Notes under the pieces: model-generated | Databases searched by the model: none | What the model was told of the DNA's origin: nothing | The model's input: only the letters and a program-made list of their open reading frames with translations | From: Takakia lepidozioides | Lineage: Eukaryota; Plantae; Bryophyta | Direction: 5' to 3' | Assembly: GCA_030704615.1 (NCBI GenBank) | Contig: CM060734.1 | Coordinates: forward strand, 57,226,001-57,290,000 | DNA length: 64,000 nt | Program-made: the position numbers and the translations under genes | Part shown: positions 47,726-59,414 of the stretch, piece after piece | Numbering within the stretch: position 1 is the stretch's first letter | How the letters are laid out: each line of letters opens with the position of its first letter

Positions 47726-48019
47726 CATTTGTTATAGTAGTTCATATTTTTTTCTATTTCTTTTAGGAAATATTCTTTGCTTTTAGAGTTTTCAAGTCTC
47801 TCATGATCTTGCTTAGCTTCTTCCAACATTTCTGTACATCTTTCACAGTTTTTAACAATGTATGCCTTAATTAATTATAGTAGAAAGGAAAAATAGATTG
47901 AAATACTTAGAATCAGATTGTTACTTGTCCGATCTTTAGATGGTTAGAAAATGATTGTGAGGTGGCATTCACAAGAGCCTTAAACACTCCAGGGATCGGC
48001 AGCTCACGGCATCTGCAGC

Positions 48020-48590
48020 ACGAGCACCTTTGCACAAATATATAAACTACATGGTAATGGACAATATCAAATGCGTGGAAGCGTAATTATTGTTGTATCA
48101 AATGTTGATCATACACAGACAAATATTGTCACGCCTCCCTTATGACGATTCTATTTTAGGTATTTACCTTAAAAGACGACTATAATATAAATCTCCATAT
48201 CTATCAGATAACATTCGATCTAATGTTGTTATGTTGGCACTACATGATTTGATTTGAACCACATTATATGTAGATTTAAATATAACAATTCGTCCTCAAT
48301 GGAAAAATCCTTTTTGCTTTACATAATCAAAATTAAAATGATGATCATGACATAGATTTAGATGTTAATGACATAAATGATAGATTTGAAGAAGAACAAG
48401 ACAATGTTGAAACAAATACTATGATACACATTTTTTGACATTCTGAAATAATCCATGATTTCTCTAGCACCAGCTGAAAAATCTTATCTTATAGTACTTT
48501 TCAAAGACAAATACAATGAAGAATTGAACTTCCCAACTTTATTTTTTGGCCATTCTCGAAAAACTCAAAGTTTGAAATCCTTCATGTAGG
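48020..48590 (+). mobile_element. Helitron/Helentron relic, N-terminal part
   Basis: FAQIYKLHGNGQYQMRGSVI, LKRRL*YKSPYLSDNIRSNVV.LALHDL and EELNFPTLFFGHSR, typical of the region upstream of the Rep domain; has stops. Confidence 0.7.
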
Positions 48591-50894
48591 CGGTTTTCTT
48601 GCAATTTTGCTACTTGGATCTCCAAATTTTGTACTTGCATCTCTTGATTTTGTAGGTTCACCACATGTGTAGTCATCTGCGCTTCCAACCTAAGCAAATG
48701 TTACATGTTTGGCATTTAGGGCGTTGGCTCTATTTCAATTGATCGCATTCTTTGTCTTTGACATTTTTCTCACTTTTCAAGTCCGATGGGTTGTCTACTC
48801 CATTGTTTTTTAGGGGTAGTGTAAAGCTCTCCTATCTTACTCACGCTCTTTGGGACTCAGCCCTACGATCTTGCCCACTTAGGAAATTGCACCATCAGTT
48901 GTATGATCTCCAAAACATCTCAAGGTTATCTAGGGGATTCTCAGTGTCACCATTTCAGTGAAAATGAAATAAGAAACTCAATACGTACCATCTCTGAGAT
49001 AGTCTCCTGTGTCTCCTTCATCATCTAGTGCACTCGCACCGAAAGCTGCATCCGCATCAACACCAACATCAACAATAAGTTAGTCAACATCAACAATAAG
49101 TTAAGACACGATAGATATGATAAAGAGAATCGTAAAATGATTACCAATGATGACACAACCGATAGGTTGAGCTCCATTTATCATAACCACATTTGGACAC
49201 TGAAGCGCCCCCACCCACTGAATCTCTTCCAATATTAATCTGTATTAGGCGTTGTAATGTCTATCATATAAACCTTCTCCCACCCTTGCTGCCATTGATC
49301 CACAATACACTATTGCACAGCCCAGATTGGACATCTTTATACATCCTTTGGCACCATCGCCCTCTCTCCTATCTGTCACCCATCCATCACAACCCAAGTC
49401 ACATACACTGAGTCTTCATCCTGAGCCATTACTAACTTGCAAGTGAAATATTGAGGGTATGATGGAACCTGCGTACTCTGGATGGATTTGATGGTTTTGA
49501 TCAGACACATTGTGCTACACGTCGCCTACAACCGGCAATCCCAAGATGTGAAGAGCTCATAACCAATAGGTAAGAAATAATACGAGTGTAATATGAGTGT
49601 CCAACTAGATGGGAGATAGAGTGGGTGTAGGGAAACAAAGGCCACCTGATATTCGAAAGACTAGTCAATTTTAGGTTGCAGAGTGAAGTAATTTCTGACA
49701 GAACACCCCTAAAAGAATTAACCACTATACTTCAAACAAAATCGATCACCACGTGAAATGACATATGATTTCATTTTCATCTATCGTAGCTCCTTCGTGA
49801 AGGAGCCTTTTCGGCGTACGATCCGGAACCAGCTCTAGCTCTGGACCTTCTGCCACTCTGACATAATCAATTTCAGTATTATATATGAAACAAACAAATT
49901 GAACTTGCAAACAGAGAAACACATTGATTGAAGTCTCAAAGTTTAATTACAATATGACACGATCTATAGCGCGGGAGAGTGACTTCATAGCCTTGCTGAC
50001 CCCCGGAGTCAGGCTCCCTGTCTCACTCTCTGCAATTGATACCACAACCAGAGAGATCATCTGCAACTGTCATAGTAGGCAACGGTTGTGTCTCCTGAAA
50101 CTGGAACTGATGTCTAGGTAGACGCAACTATCACTTTGATTGCAGTGCGTGAAGGTGATACTTCCCCTCCTCCCTCCCCTTCTCCTGCCCCTTCCCCTGC
50201 CCCTTCCCCCGCGAACACTCCCCCTCCTCCCCAACGGCACCCTCTGTCAAGGACGAGAACATGACTGAACACAAATAAGAAATAAGACTAGAGGTACAAG
50301 GCTAGACAAGAAGTCAAGGTCGTCGTGGCCGAATGCACGATGAGTAAATATGAATCAAGACGATCTTTATAACAATGAACAAGAGTATAAAATATTGGAA
50401 CACGACTTAAATACTGAAATGCTGGAAACTAGACTGGAGTACCAGATACTGGAAACAAGAGTAGCTTGAACTGGTGTTGGCAAGGCTGAAGAGTGTCCAG
50501 TCTCGCCTCCTATATATACTGGCTACTAAGAAGCTTCCCTAAGAAGCTTCCCCGATGGAGGTTGCTTGCTGGAGAAGTTTCCAAGATTAAACAAAGGTTT
50601 CTTGATGGAGAAGCTTCCTTAAACAAATGAGGTATCTTGATGGAGAAATTTCCTCCAAATGAAACTTCTTGAGTAGTTTCCCAAGTTACTTTTGGTAATT
50701 TGGTAAACTTCCGGTAACTTGATAAGTAATGGTAAATCATGGTAAGTCATGGTAAGTCATGGTAATTTTTTGTAACATGATAACTTGGTAATTTCTGGTA
50801 TTTACTCCTGGTAAGTTTCTCTGGGCTATGTCCGTGACATCACCCCCTCCTCTAGCGCCGAGTTCCTCGAGGAGCGGTGAAATCTTGGACTTGC

Positions 50895-51296
50895 TTACAG
50901 TTGGAGAAAATCCAAAATCCGACGAATGGTACTTGCCAAGTATTCGGCTCTTTGTTCTTGACTCAAATGATTTATAGGTCTATGCAACCATCGATAGTAT
51001 CCAACACCTTGAACTTGGGACCACGCAGTGATTTGAGCATTCTGATTTTCGAAACTGCCCTGAAACATGATTTCGTTGTCCTCTGGGTCTGAAGCCTCAA
51101 CCTCCAACAGAATTATCAGACTTCGAGTAGGCTCCAATTGCCGTCGTACGGGGTCCAGACGAAGAAGTACACGTCGCATTGGTGGCCCATCGTCTCGAGA
51201 GCGTCGGCGTGATGTTGAAGGTCGTGAGAGTCGGAACGGCTGATCTGATAGCTGGGTAAGCGACAACTCCAATGTATCTGGTTCCTGCGACTCCAT
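50895..51296 (-). CDS. Additional 133-aa ORF in the 3' region of the Tcn1-like element, function unknown
   Basis: ATG-initiated uninterrupted ORF between the integrase stop and the PPT; TATATATA about 40 nt upstream. Confidence 0.55.
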   Translation of the reverse strand: MESQEPDTLELSLTQLSDQPFRLSRPSTSRRRSRDDGPPMRRVLLRLDPVRRQLEPTRSLIILLEVEASDPEDNEIMFQGSFENQNAQITAWSQVQGVGYYRWLHRPINHLSQEQRAEYLASTIRRILDFLQL

Positions 51297-54200
51297 ATTG
51301 CCAATACAAGATGCAAGAGTGTTGGAAATGTAGCTATATATACTGATGTATGGTGCTCATCCCTCCTTAGCGTGTATTAAGTACATTGAATGCGGAGTCT
51401 TGACCTTGAAGCTAACTTGGCTGACATCATCGTTGTGACGTCTTATTGACGTGTAGCTCGGGGCTTAGCTGGATATCGTTGATGAAACTCTTGGACTTTG
51501 TCAGACGCATTGGCGAGGTTGGATGAAGGTTCCCACGTTCGTTCGTTGATGTCGTAGCCTTTCCAATGTACGAAATACTCAAGATGTTTATACTTAATGC
51601 GAGAGTCTAGGACTTCGTGGACTTCATACTCAATTTCCTGATTGACTTCGATTGGTGGAGGTGGTACGGAAACTCTCCCTGGAATATTCGATGGATGATA
51701 CAACTCCAATAATGAAACATGAAAGACTGGATGGATGCGCATACTTCGTTGGAGTTCAAGCCGAAAACTGATCGGATTTATTTATCGAATAATTTTGAAT
51801 GGGCCCAGGCGTTGATAATCCAACTCCCTTGATGGTCGCGAGATTTGTATGTCTCGAAGAAGCCACACGCGATCTCCGACCTTGAACTAGGGTTGGAGTT
51901 GACGACGTTGAACTGCATACTCATTGTATTGTTTTTGAGCTTCTGCGAGGTGGAATGTAAGCTCATTGTGAATCGTAGCAAGATGAGTAGCAAGGTTTTC
52001 TACAGCAGGGCTTCCAATAGTCTTCATGTGGAAAGGGTTTGCTTGAGGATGATGACCATAATTGGAGAAAAATGGAGTTTGCTGGGTTGAAGAATGTATA
52101 GTATTGTTGTAGGCAAACTCAGCCAATGACAGAAGGTCCGTCCAATTATCTTGGTGATAATTTATCGTACAGCGAAGATACTGCTCCAAAATCTGGTTTA
52201 CACGTTCGGTTTGACCATCAGTCTGTGGATGATTAGCTGTAGAAAGGTTGATCTTAGTATCAAATATGTGAAATAATCCCCTCCGGAAATTTGATATGAA
52301 CTGTGGTCCTCGATCAGATACGATGTCATTCGGGAGTCCATGAATGCGGTAGATATTATTGAGGAAGAGTCTTGCAGTTTCCTCGCCGGTAACTGTCTTA
52401 TTACATGAAATGAAATGTGTCATCTTCGTAAAACGATCTACAATAACAAGGATTGAATCAGTGGTCATAGAGATTGGAAGGTCCGTAATAAAGTCCATAG
52501 ACACGGACGATATGGACCCTTGGGAATGGGTATTGGTTGAAGAAGGCCGTAAGGTCGATGTCGTGGTCCCTTCGCTCTAGCACACGTGTCGCAAGATTTT
52601 ATAAATTCTTTCACGAGTTTCCACATCTGCGGCCACCAAAAGTCCCTGGATATCAATTCCATTGTTTTGTTGAAACCGAAATGTCCTGCAGCCGGAGGAT
52701 CATGACATGTTTGAAGAATTCGAAGTCGTGTAGATCCTGGAGGTACATTGAGAAGTCCCTTGAAATAAAGTAAGTCATCTTTGAACTCGAAGTCGTTTGT
52801 AACATGTGGGTTGTCTCGAGGTCGATTTAGTTGACTTCGTAGTGTCATAGCGAATTGGTCGCTCTTCAGTGCTTCCTCAATCTCCTTTACGATCTCGGCA
52901 TCGTCATAGGTGGACATAGATAGCATATTCAATTGGAGATTTGCTGGTTTCAAGATGATGGATTTCTGTTGGTCAAAAGCTGCATCCTCTTCATTTGGCG
53001 CAAGATACGATCGTCGAGAAAGAGCATCTGGTTTTCCTTGAAGATGTCCGGGACGGTAGGTAATAACAAAATCAAATCTTGCTAGTGACATACTTCATCT
53101 CGCTTGACGCTTCAAAACACAAACACTTATAAAATATTCGAGGTTTTTGTGATCGGTATAGACAGTGACCTGATGTTTAGCTCCCTCCAATAGATGATGT
53201 CACTCCTCAAAAGCATTGATAATCGCTAGAAGTTCTTTGTCATGGATTTCATAATTGATCTCCATAGCGGAAAATTTGCGAGAACGAAAACCAACAGGGT
53301 GGAGTCGGCTATCTGTACCGTATTGTGACAGTACCGCGCCAAGTGCAAAGTTCGATGCATCTGCTTCTAAGAAGAATGGTTTAGATGGGTCTGCATGTAC
53401 CAGTATTGGAGCCGTTGTAAATGTCTGCTTCAGCCTTTCAAATGCCTGGTCAGCCTTTTCGTCCCATACAAATTTGTCATTCATTGTGAGTCATGTCAAT
53501 GGTGCAGCAATTTTGGAGTAGTCATCGATAAAGATTCTATAGAAATTTACAAAACTGTACATCTCAAACCGAAGTTGGTTTAATACACTCAATGATGGTT
53601 TGTATTTTCTTCTGATCCATAAAGACGTCTTTGTCGGAAATAATGTAGCCCATAAATTCGACCTCACATTGATGGAAAAAAACATTTCTCCAACTTGGCA
53701 TATAGTCCTCTTTATCTTAATTTATCAAGGGACAAGGCGTACATGGCGGCCATGTTCTTCTTCATTCTGTGAAAATATCAAAATGTCGTCCAAATAGATG
53801 ACTACAAAGTCATCTAAAAATTCTCGAAAGATGTTATTCATCATATGTTGGAAAATTGCTGGAACATTTGTAAGACCGAAAAGCATAACACTGTATTCAA
53901 AATGTCCATACCTTGTTCGAAAAGTTGTTTTCCATTCGTCTCCTTCTTTTATCCGTACAAGGTTATAAGCTCATCTCAAGTCGATTTTGGTGAAAATCTT
54001 CGCTCGTCCCAACTGGTCGAGAAGCCCAGAAATCAGTGGCAATGAATAACGATTCTTGATTGTGACTTTGTTGAGACCGCGATAGTCGACACACATGCGT
54101 AATGATCCGTCCTTCTTTTTCACAAACAAGATAGGCGCCCCCGCGGGTGATTTGGAATGTCGGATGAAGTGCTTTGACAAATTTTCATCAATGTATTCGC

Positions 54201-55989
54201 GTAATGCAGCCAACTCCGTCTGGGATAAGTTATAGATTGGGCCGAATGGTGGTTGGGCTCCTTCTTGTAACTCAATTGCACAGTCATAAGGTCGATGTTC
54301 TGGCAATATGTCTGCATTTTTCTTCTCGAAGACATATTTGAAATCTTGATATTGAGCGGGTAATGTTGAAGTACCTTTTGTCTATTGTGGTCTTGATCGG
54401 AGTCGCATAAAGTGCAAATGCCGCCTCCTTTTTGGTAGCTCTCATGAAGGCTCTAGCTCCAAGAAACAGGGGTTGAATACCTTTGGTACTTTTGCATTTT
54501 TGTCTTGCCGAAATTTTTCGTGATTGCTAGTCGATGTCAGGATTATGAAGTACAAACCAGGGAAGTCCAAGGATCACAGGATTCGTTGGAGACTGGAAAA
54601 CAATCTGTGATGCTTGATTTTTAAGCTTCACTTCAAGGGGTCGAGTTTCATGGTCAACATTTTCCTGATGCTAACGATCGTCCATCGATAACTTCAACAG
54701 GGGCCGATAATTTCTTTCTTACGAGCGTTAAATTGTGTTGCTTCGCAAAGTCTTTGTCAATAAAACACGCTGAAGCGCCCGAGTCCAAAAATGCTTATAC
54801 GGAGATATCTCGATTTTGCATCCTGATCTTTACTGGAACTGTGAAACAAGATACAGGGTCTGGAGGTAGAAATAGACTTTTTTTTTGTGAGGAATTTGGG
54901 GTGTCCAGCCGCATGGTCCCTACTGTGACTGGACATCTTCGTTTTCCGACCTCCTCGTATCGAACACTTGAGTGATGCCCTGAGCTTTGAATCTTCTCTT
55001 GTTGGGGCAGTTTAATGCCATGTGATCATTTTCTCCGCAATAAAGGCATAATCCATTCGAGTGTTGTCTTTATTTTTCATGTGGGGTCAATGGCTTGAAC
55101 GGACAGCATCAATCTGCATATGATCATTACCGGATGTCTGATGGATCGTTGTATTTGGTGCCGTAGTAGCAGCGGCATAGTGCGTCGTCGACCATCCAGA
55201 TCGCTTCTCTTGACGTCTTTCGAACAAACGATTATCGCATGCAATGACTTGGGTGATGAATTCGCTCAATGTACTCACGTTTGACATTGTCAACAACAAA
55301 TCTTTAACATCGTCTTTTAGGCCACATCGAAACTGACTAATGAGACTCTTCTCATTCCAGTCAAGGTTGCACGCAAGTTGTCGAAATTCGGCAGTATAAA
55401 CGGAAGCTGGACGTGCTCCTTGTCGAAGATTTCGCATCTATGTCTCTGCAACTCTCTCTCTATCATTCTCTCTAAACGTTGCAGTGAACTCGGACATGAA
55501 CGCTTCAAAATTGTATAGTAAATGCGAATTTTTCTCTAATAGCGGTGCAAACCAAGATAGGGCAGTGCCTGATAGAAGGGTGCCTACGAATCCTACTTGA
55601 ATACCTTCATCAGAGTAGCGTTGTGGATGTAGTCGTAGGAACAATCGTACTTGTTGAACAAAACCGCGAAATCTTGATCTCGTCCCATCAAATGTCTCGG
55701 GCATGCTGACCTTTGATTCCCTTGTAATCTGTTGAAGATTTGGAGGAATCGTTGCAGTAAGATTGTTGTAGTAGGGACTCGTAAGGTTGAAGATCCATTG
55801 TTCGACTCCTTCAACTCTGAAATTTGTTGTTGCAAATTGTTGAGAGCATTGCCAAGGTCTTGAGACTGATTAGCTTGTAGTTGGGCAGTACAGGCACGAA
55901 GTTCTTGCATCTGGAGCTGAAGACTCTGCAATGTGACGATCATTTCTACAAATGTGCATTCCATCTTAACTAACTAAGGAACAAACTTT

Positions 55990-56000
55990 AGTCTCGCCAA
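55990..56000 (-). promoter_or_regulatory. Self-priming PBS (11 nt)
   Basis: TTGGCGAGACT is complementary to LTR 56292-56282, which starts about 30 nt downstream of the LTR TATA box. Confidence 0.8.
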
Positions 56001-56659
56001 ATTGTCAAGGACGAGAACATGACTGAACACAAACAAGAGATAAGACTAGAGGTACAAGGCTAGACAAGAAGTCAAGGTCGGCGTGGCCGAATGCACGATG
56101 AGTAAATATGAATCTAGACGATCTTTATAACAATGAACAAGAGTACAAGATATTGGAACACGACTTGAATACTGGAATGCTGGAAACTGGACTGGAGTAC
56201 CAGATACTGGAAACTGGGCTAGGGTACAAGGAACTGGACTGGAGTACTGGGAACTGGAAACAAAAGTAGCTTGAACTGGTGTTGGCGAGACTGAAGAGTG
56301 CCCAGTCTCGTCTCCTATATATACTGGCTACTAAGAAGCTTCCCTAAGAAGCTTCCCCTATGGAGGTTGCTTGCTGGAGAAGTTTCCAAGATTAAACAAA
56401 GGTTTCTTGATGGAGAAGCTTCCTTAAACAAATGAGGTATCTTGATGGAGAAGTTTTCTCCAAAGGAAGCTTCTTGAGTAGTTTTTCAAGTTATTTTTGG
56501 TAATTTGGTAAACTTCCGATAACTTGGTAAGTAATGGTAAATCATGGTAGATCATGATAAATCACGGTAAATCATGGTAACTTTTGGTAACATGGTAACT
56601 TGATAACTTCTGGTATTTACTCCTGGTAAGTTCCTCTGGGCTATGTCCGTGATACCCTC

Positions 56660-57510
56660 CTCCTCCTCCTCATCATCCTCTTCATTATCATGATCCTCGT
56701 CATCTTCCAAGGCCACCTTGACAAACAAAAACAAAAAAAACATCAGGGCATGCACCAACACATGCAAAACTTGCAAAACAAAAAGAAGTAGAGGCTTACA
56801 GCGAGAATTACTCCATCCGCAAGAGAAGTGTTGAGCTCTTGGACGTACAGGAGGTCCTCCAATTTCATCTTCAACCGCTCCAGATCCCCCAAACTCAAAC
56901 ATTCATGTAGTTGTGCACAAATGTGCTTGGCTACAACACTTTTAGGGTCAGCTGCCTTCCGCCCCTTGCGCGGATGGTAGTTGACTTCCCACCCATCCAT
57001 CTTCGCACGAAACAACTGCTTCATGCGGTCCTCACTCTTCTCCATGTGGTAAACGGACTGGCTCTGGAGCTAGTTCTTCCACGGGCGTAACTTATTTACT
57101 ATGCCTAAAAGACGTATTTTCTTTGGCGGAAAGATCGTCGTCAGGTTGGTGACAGTCCACATCTTCACGCTTTAACCACACAAACGCACTAACCATTTGG
57201 TTAAGGTGTGTATACACATTTGCCACCTCCTCATAGGTGAGATGGGATTTCCAACCCTCGCCGCGCGGGACAAACTTGGCATCCTGAACCCGCGCGGAAA
57301 TGGTGGAAATGAAAGAATGGTCATTCAGGATCTTAAGAAATTGTTGGACAGATCTAGATGCAGACCACCAATACTTCAACCCGAACTCATTTGGCGTTGC
57401 CACAACGGCCAACAAGGGGTAGGGGTCACTTGGCTTGGGCTCATATTGCTGTTTGTCTGCGTTGCACCTGATAGCAAGGAAGAAGCAGCCCACCAGAAGC
57501 AGAAGCATGT
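56660..57510 (-). pseudogene. Unidentified gene-like fragment interrupted by the Tcn1-like insertion
   Basis: 138 aa and 100 aa ORF pieces, a short GT-AG intron, then an acidic tract that continues past the TSD into an RG-rich tract at ~50240-50150. Family not recognised. Confidence 0.4.
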
Positions 57511-57719
57511 GATGCCCCTCGAGAGTCCTCTGCTAGGATTGCAAGCTCAAAACTTCCATCATGCCCATCCATCCATCTAGCAGATATATTTGGATGGTTA
57601 TAGATATTGAAGAGAATATTGAAGTGCTTAATTTTTACTCAAAATGGTAAGAGCGTGGGTTTGACTCAATATCGGAGTGCAATATAAATTACTAATTCAC
57701 TTTTATCACTTCACTTATA

Positions 57720-59050
57720 TGATGTGCACTCCTATAAACACACACGTACCTGCAGAAGAAAAAACCAACCTATATGTAGATTCCATTACCCTTTACCACC
57801 TATGTCTCCACTCAAATTCTTGAATCGTGATTTCAAGAAAATGAAATTATTTCAACATCACGTACTAATTTACAAGCTCGAGCTATTTTTTTTTTTCTTA
57901 AACCACATGAAAAGAATATGGGTGAAAATATTACTTTCACTGATTTTTTACAATCTTTAACATTAGATGAAAATACGAAGTTAACTAAACCACAAATATT
58001 TCTTGAACGTACTCCCAAAAATATACGAGCAGATGCAACACATCTATGGTGTGCAAACACAAACATATACATCTTACATGACAAAACTAGACAAAACAAT
58101 AACACTTGAACTATGTACAATCATCCAAAAATGTGTAGTTGACAAAGTAGATTTTGATACATGAATACAAAAATTGGGTAATGCTTTTTTAATTTCTCAA
58201 CAAATGTCTGCCCAACTTGCAGAGCCCTTAGTTTTATCAATTCATGTACACCATAGCTCTCGCTCATTCAAATTTATTAATACTTCACCATCTCAAAATA
58301 GAGCATTTGTGCTAAAACCTCAAAGTGCACTAGAAAAATTAGATGAGAACTACAAGTTCCTAACTTAAATATATACCAATATTCCCACATAATAATTCAA
58401 GCTCTAAACACAACATCCTTTTGCCAACATCACAAAGACATCAACTCTGACCATAAATTACAATTATCTTGTATTCTTTCCCTTAGTGAAACAAGAGTTC
58501 ATCATTCAACATCTGAATTACCACAATATATGTAGATACAACAAAATTTGATTATATTGGAGCTTACGATGGTCATGGCACTCTCATGTTATACACAAAA
58601 AACATGGCGCTTAATTATTCATAAACATCAACACGTATAGGTTCAGTATATATCGTTGCCACTTTCAACATGAATACACGTAAAACAATATATGTAATAT
58701 CTTTATATAGATCACACTATACTGACACAAAACTATTTCTAAAATATCTTGAAACTTTCATTTTGAATGCCCCTCCTCATTGCCCAACAATAATATTGGG
58801 AGACTTCAATATTGATTTATTACATATCAATGAAAATAACTTTCTAAACTCACACCTACACAACTTTATGAACAAGTATAATAAAAACTTCATTCACAAT
58901 TTCAAATGAGCACGACAAAGAGTGGATCACAATAAGACCACATCTGGGCAAATGTGTTAGGTAAAGACTCCAAATCTGGTACCACATAAGCACATTGGAC
59001 TGACTATCACAAACCAATATACATTGCCTACAAGCTACCAAACAATATTC
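57720..59050 (+). mobile_element. Helentron relic: RepHel fragments followed by an AP endonuclease
   Basis: KHTRTCRRKNQPICRFHYPLPPM; IFLERTP; GNAFL.SQQMSAQLA...SSRSFKFINT; then ISLYRS...TIILGDFNIDL...WTDYHKPIY. Confidence 0.7.
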
Positions 59051-59347
59051 CCATTTTATTTCAACTCAAATATCATCCCGCTTTCATTTAATAACCTCCC
59101 CTCTCTTTTGCTCCAATGGACAGAGCCTCTCGTGGTTTACAGCTTGTTTGGTGACAGGAGAAAATAACCCGTTTCAGAGTAACCTCGCGTCGCCTGAAGG
59201 CTATGGCATCGGACACTGCCCAAGGGAATAGAAGCACATACCACACACGTCAAGGTAGCTGGATTCGACCCCAGAACCAGCATCTGGCTTGACACTCTGT
59301 TGCATCTTCTCCCCGACGATCGTTGAGAATACGCCATAGCTCACAAT

Positions 59348-59360
59348 ACCCTAACCCTAA
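59348..59360 (+). promoter_or_regulatory. Telo-box-like motif upstream of RGTB
   Basis: CCCTAACCCTAA about 55 nt before the ATG; the reverse motif TAGGGTTT lies in intron 1 near 59580. Confidence 0.45.
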
Positions 59361-59414
59361 GTAGCTCATCTTTGATCACAAGCAATGTCTTGCGACCTCT
59401 CCCAAGCTGTAGCT

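Larger units (their letters stand above)
50245..56654 (-). mobile_element. Degenerate Tcn1-like Ty3 chromovirus
   Basis: LTRs 50245-50839 and 56003-56654 (diverged, with indels); TSD CCCTC; PPT GAGGAGGGGGTGA; fragmented gag (MQIDA), GGAAAAC gag-pol junction near 54945, protease (LDSGAS), RT, RNase H (EADASNFALG), integrase and chromodomain (EYEVHEVLDSR...YFVHWKGY). Confidence 0.95.

Noticed and set aside
59255-59300. tRNA gene (GGTCGAATCC B-box-like on the minus strand)
   Set aside because: No cloverleaf or convincing A-box could be built; at most a SINE remnant.
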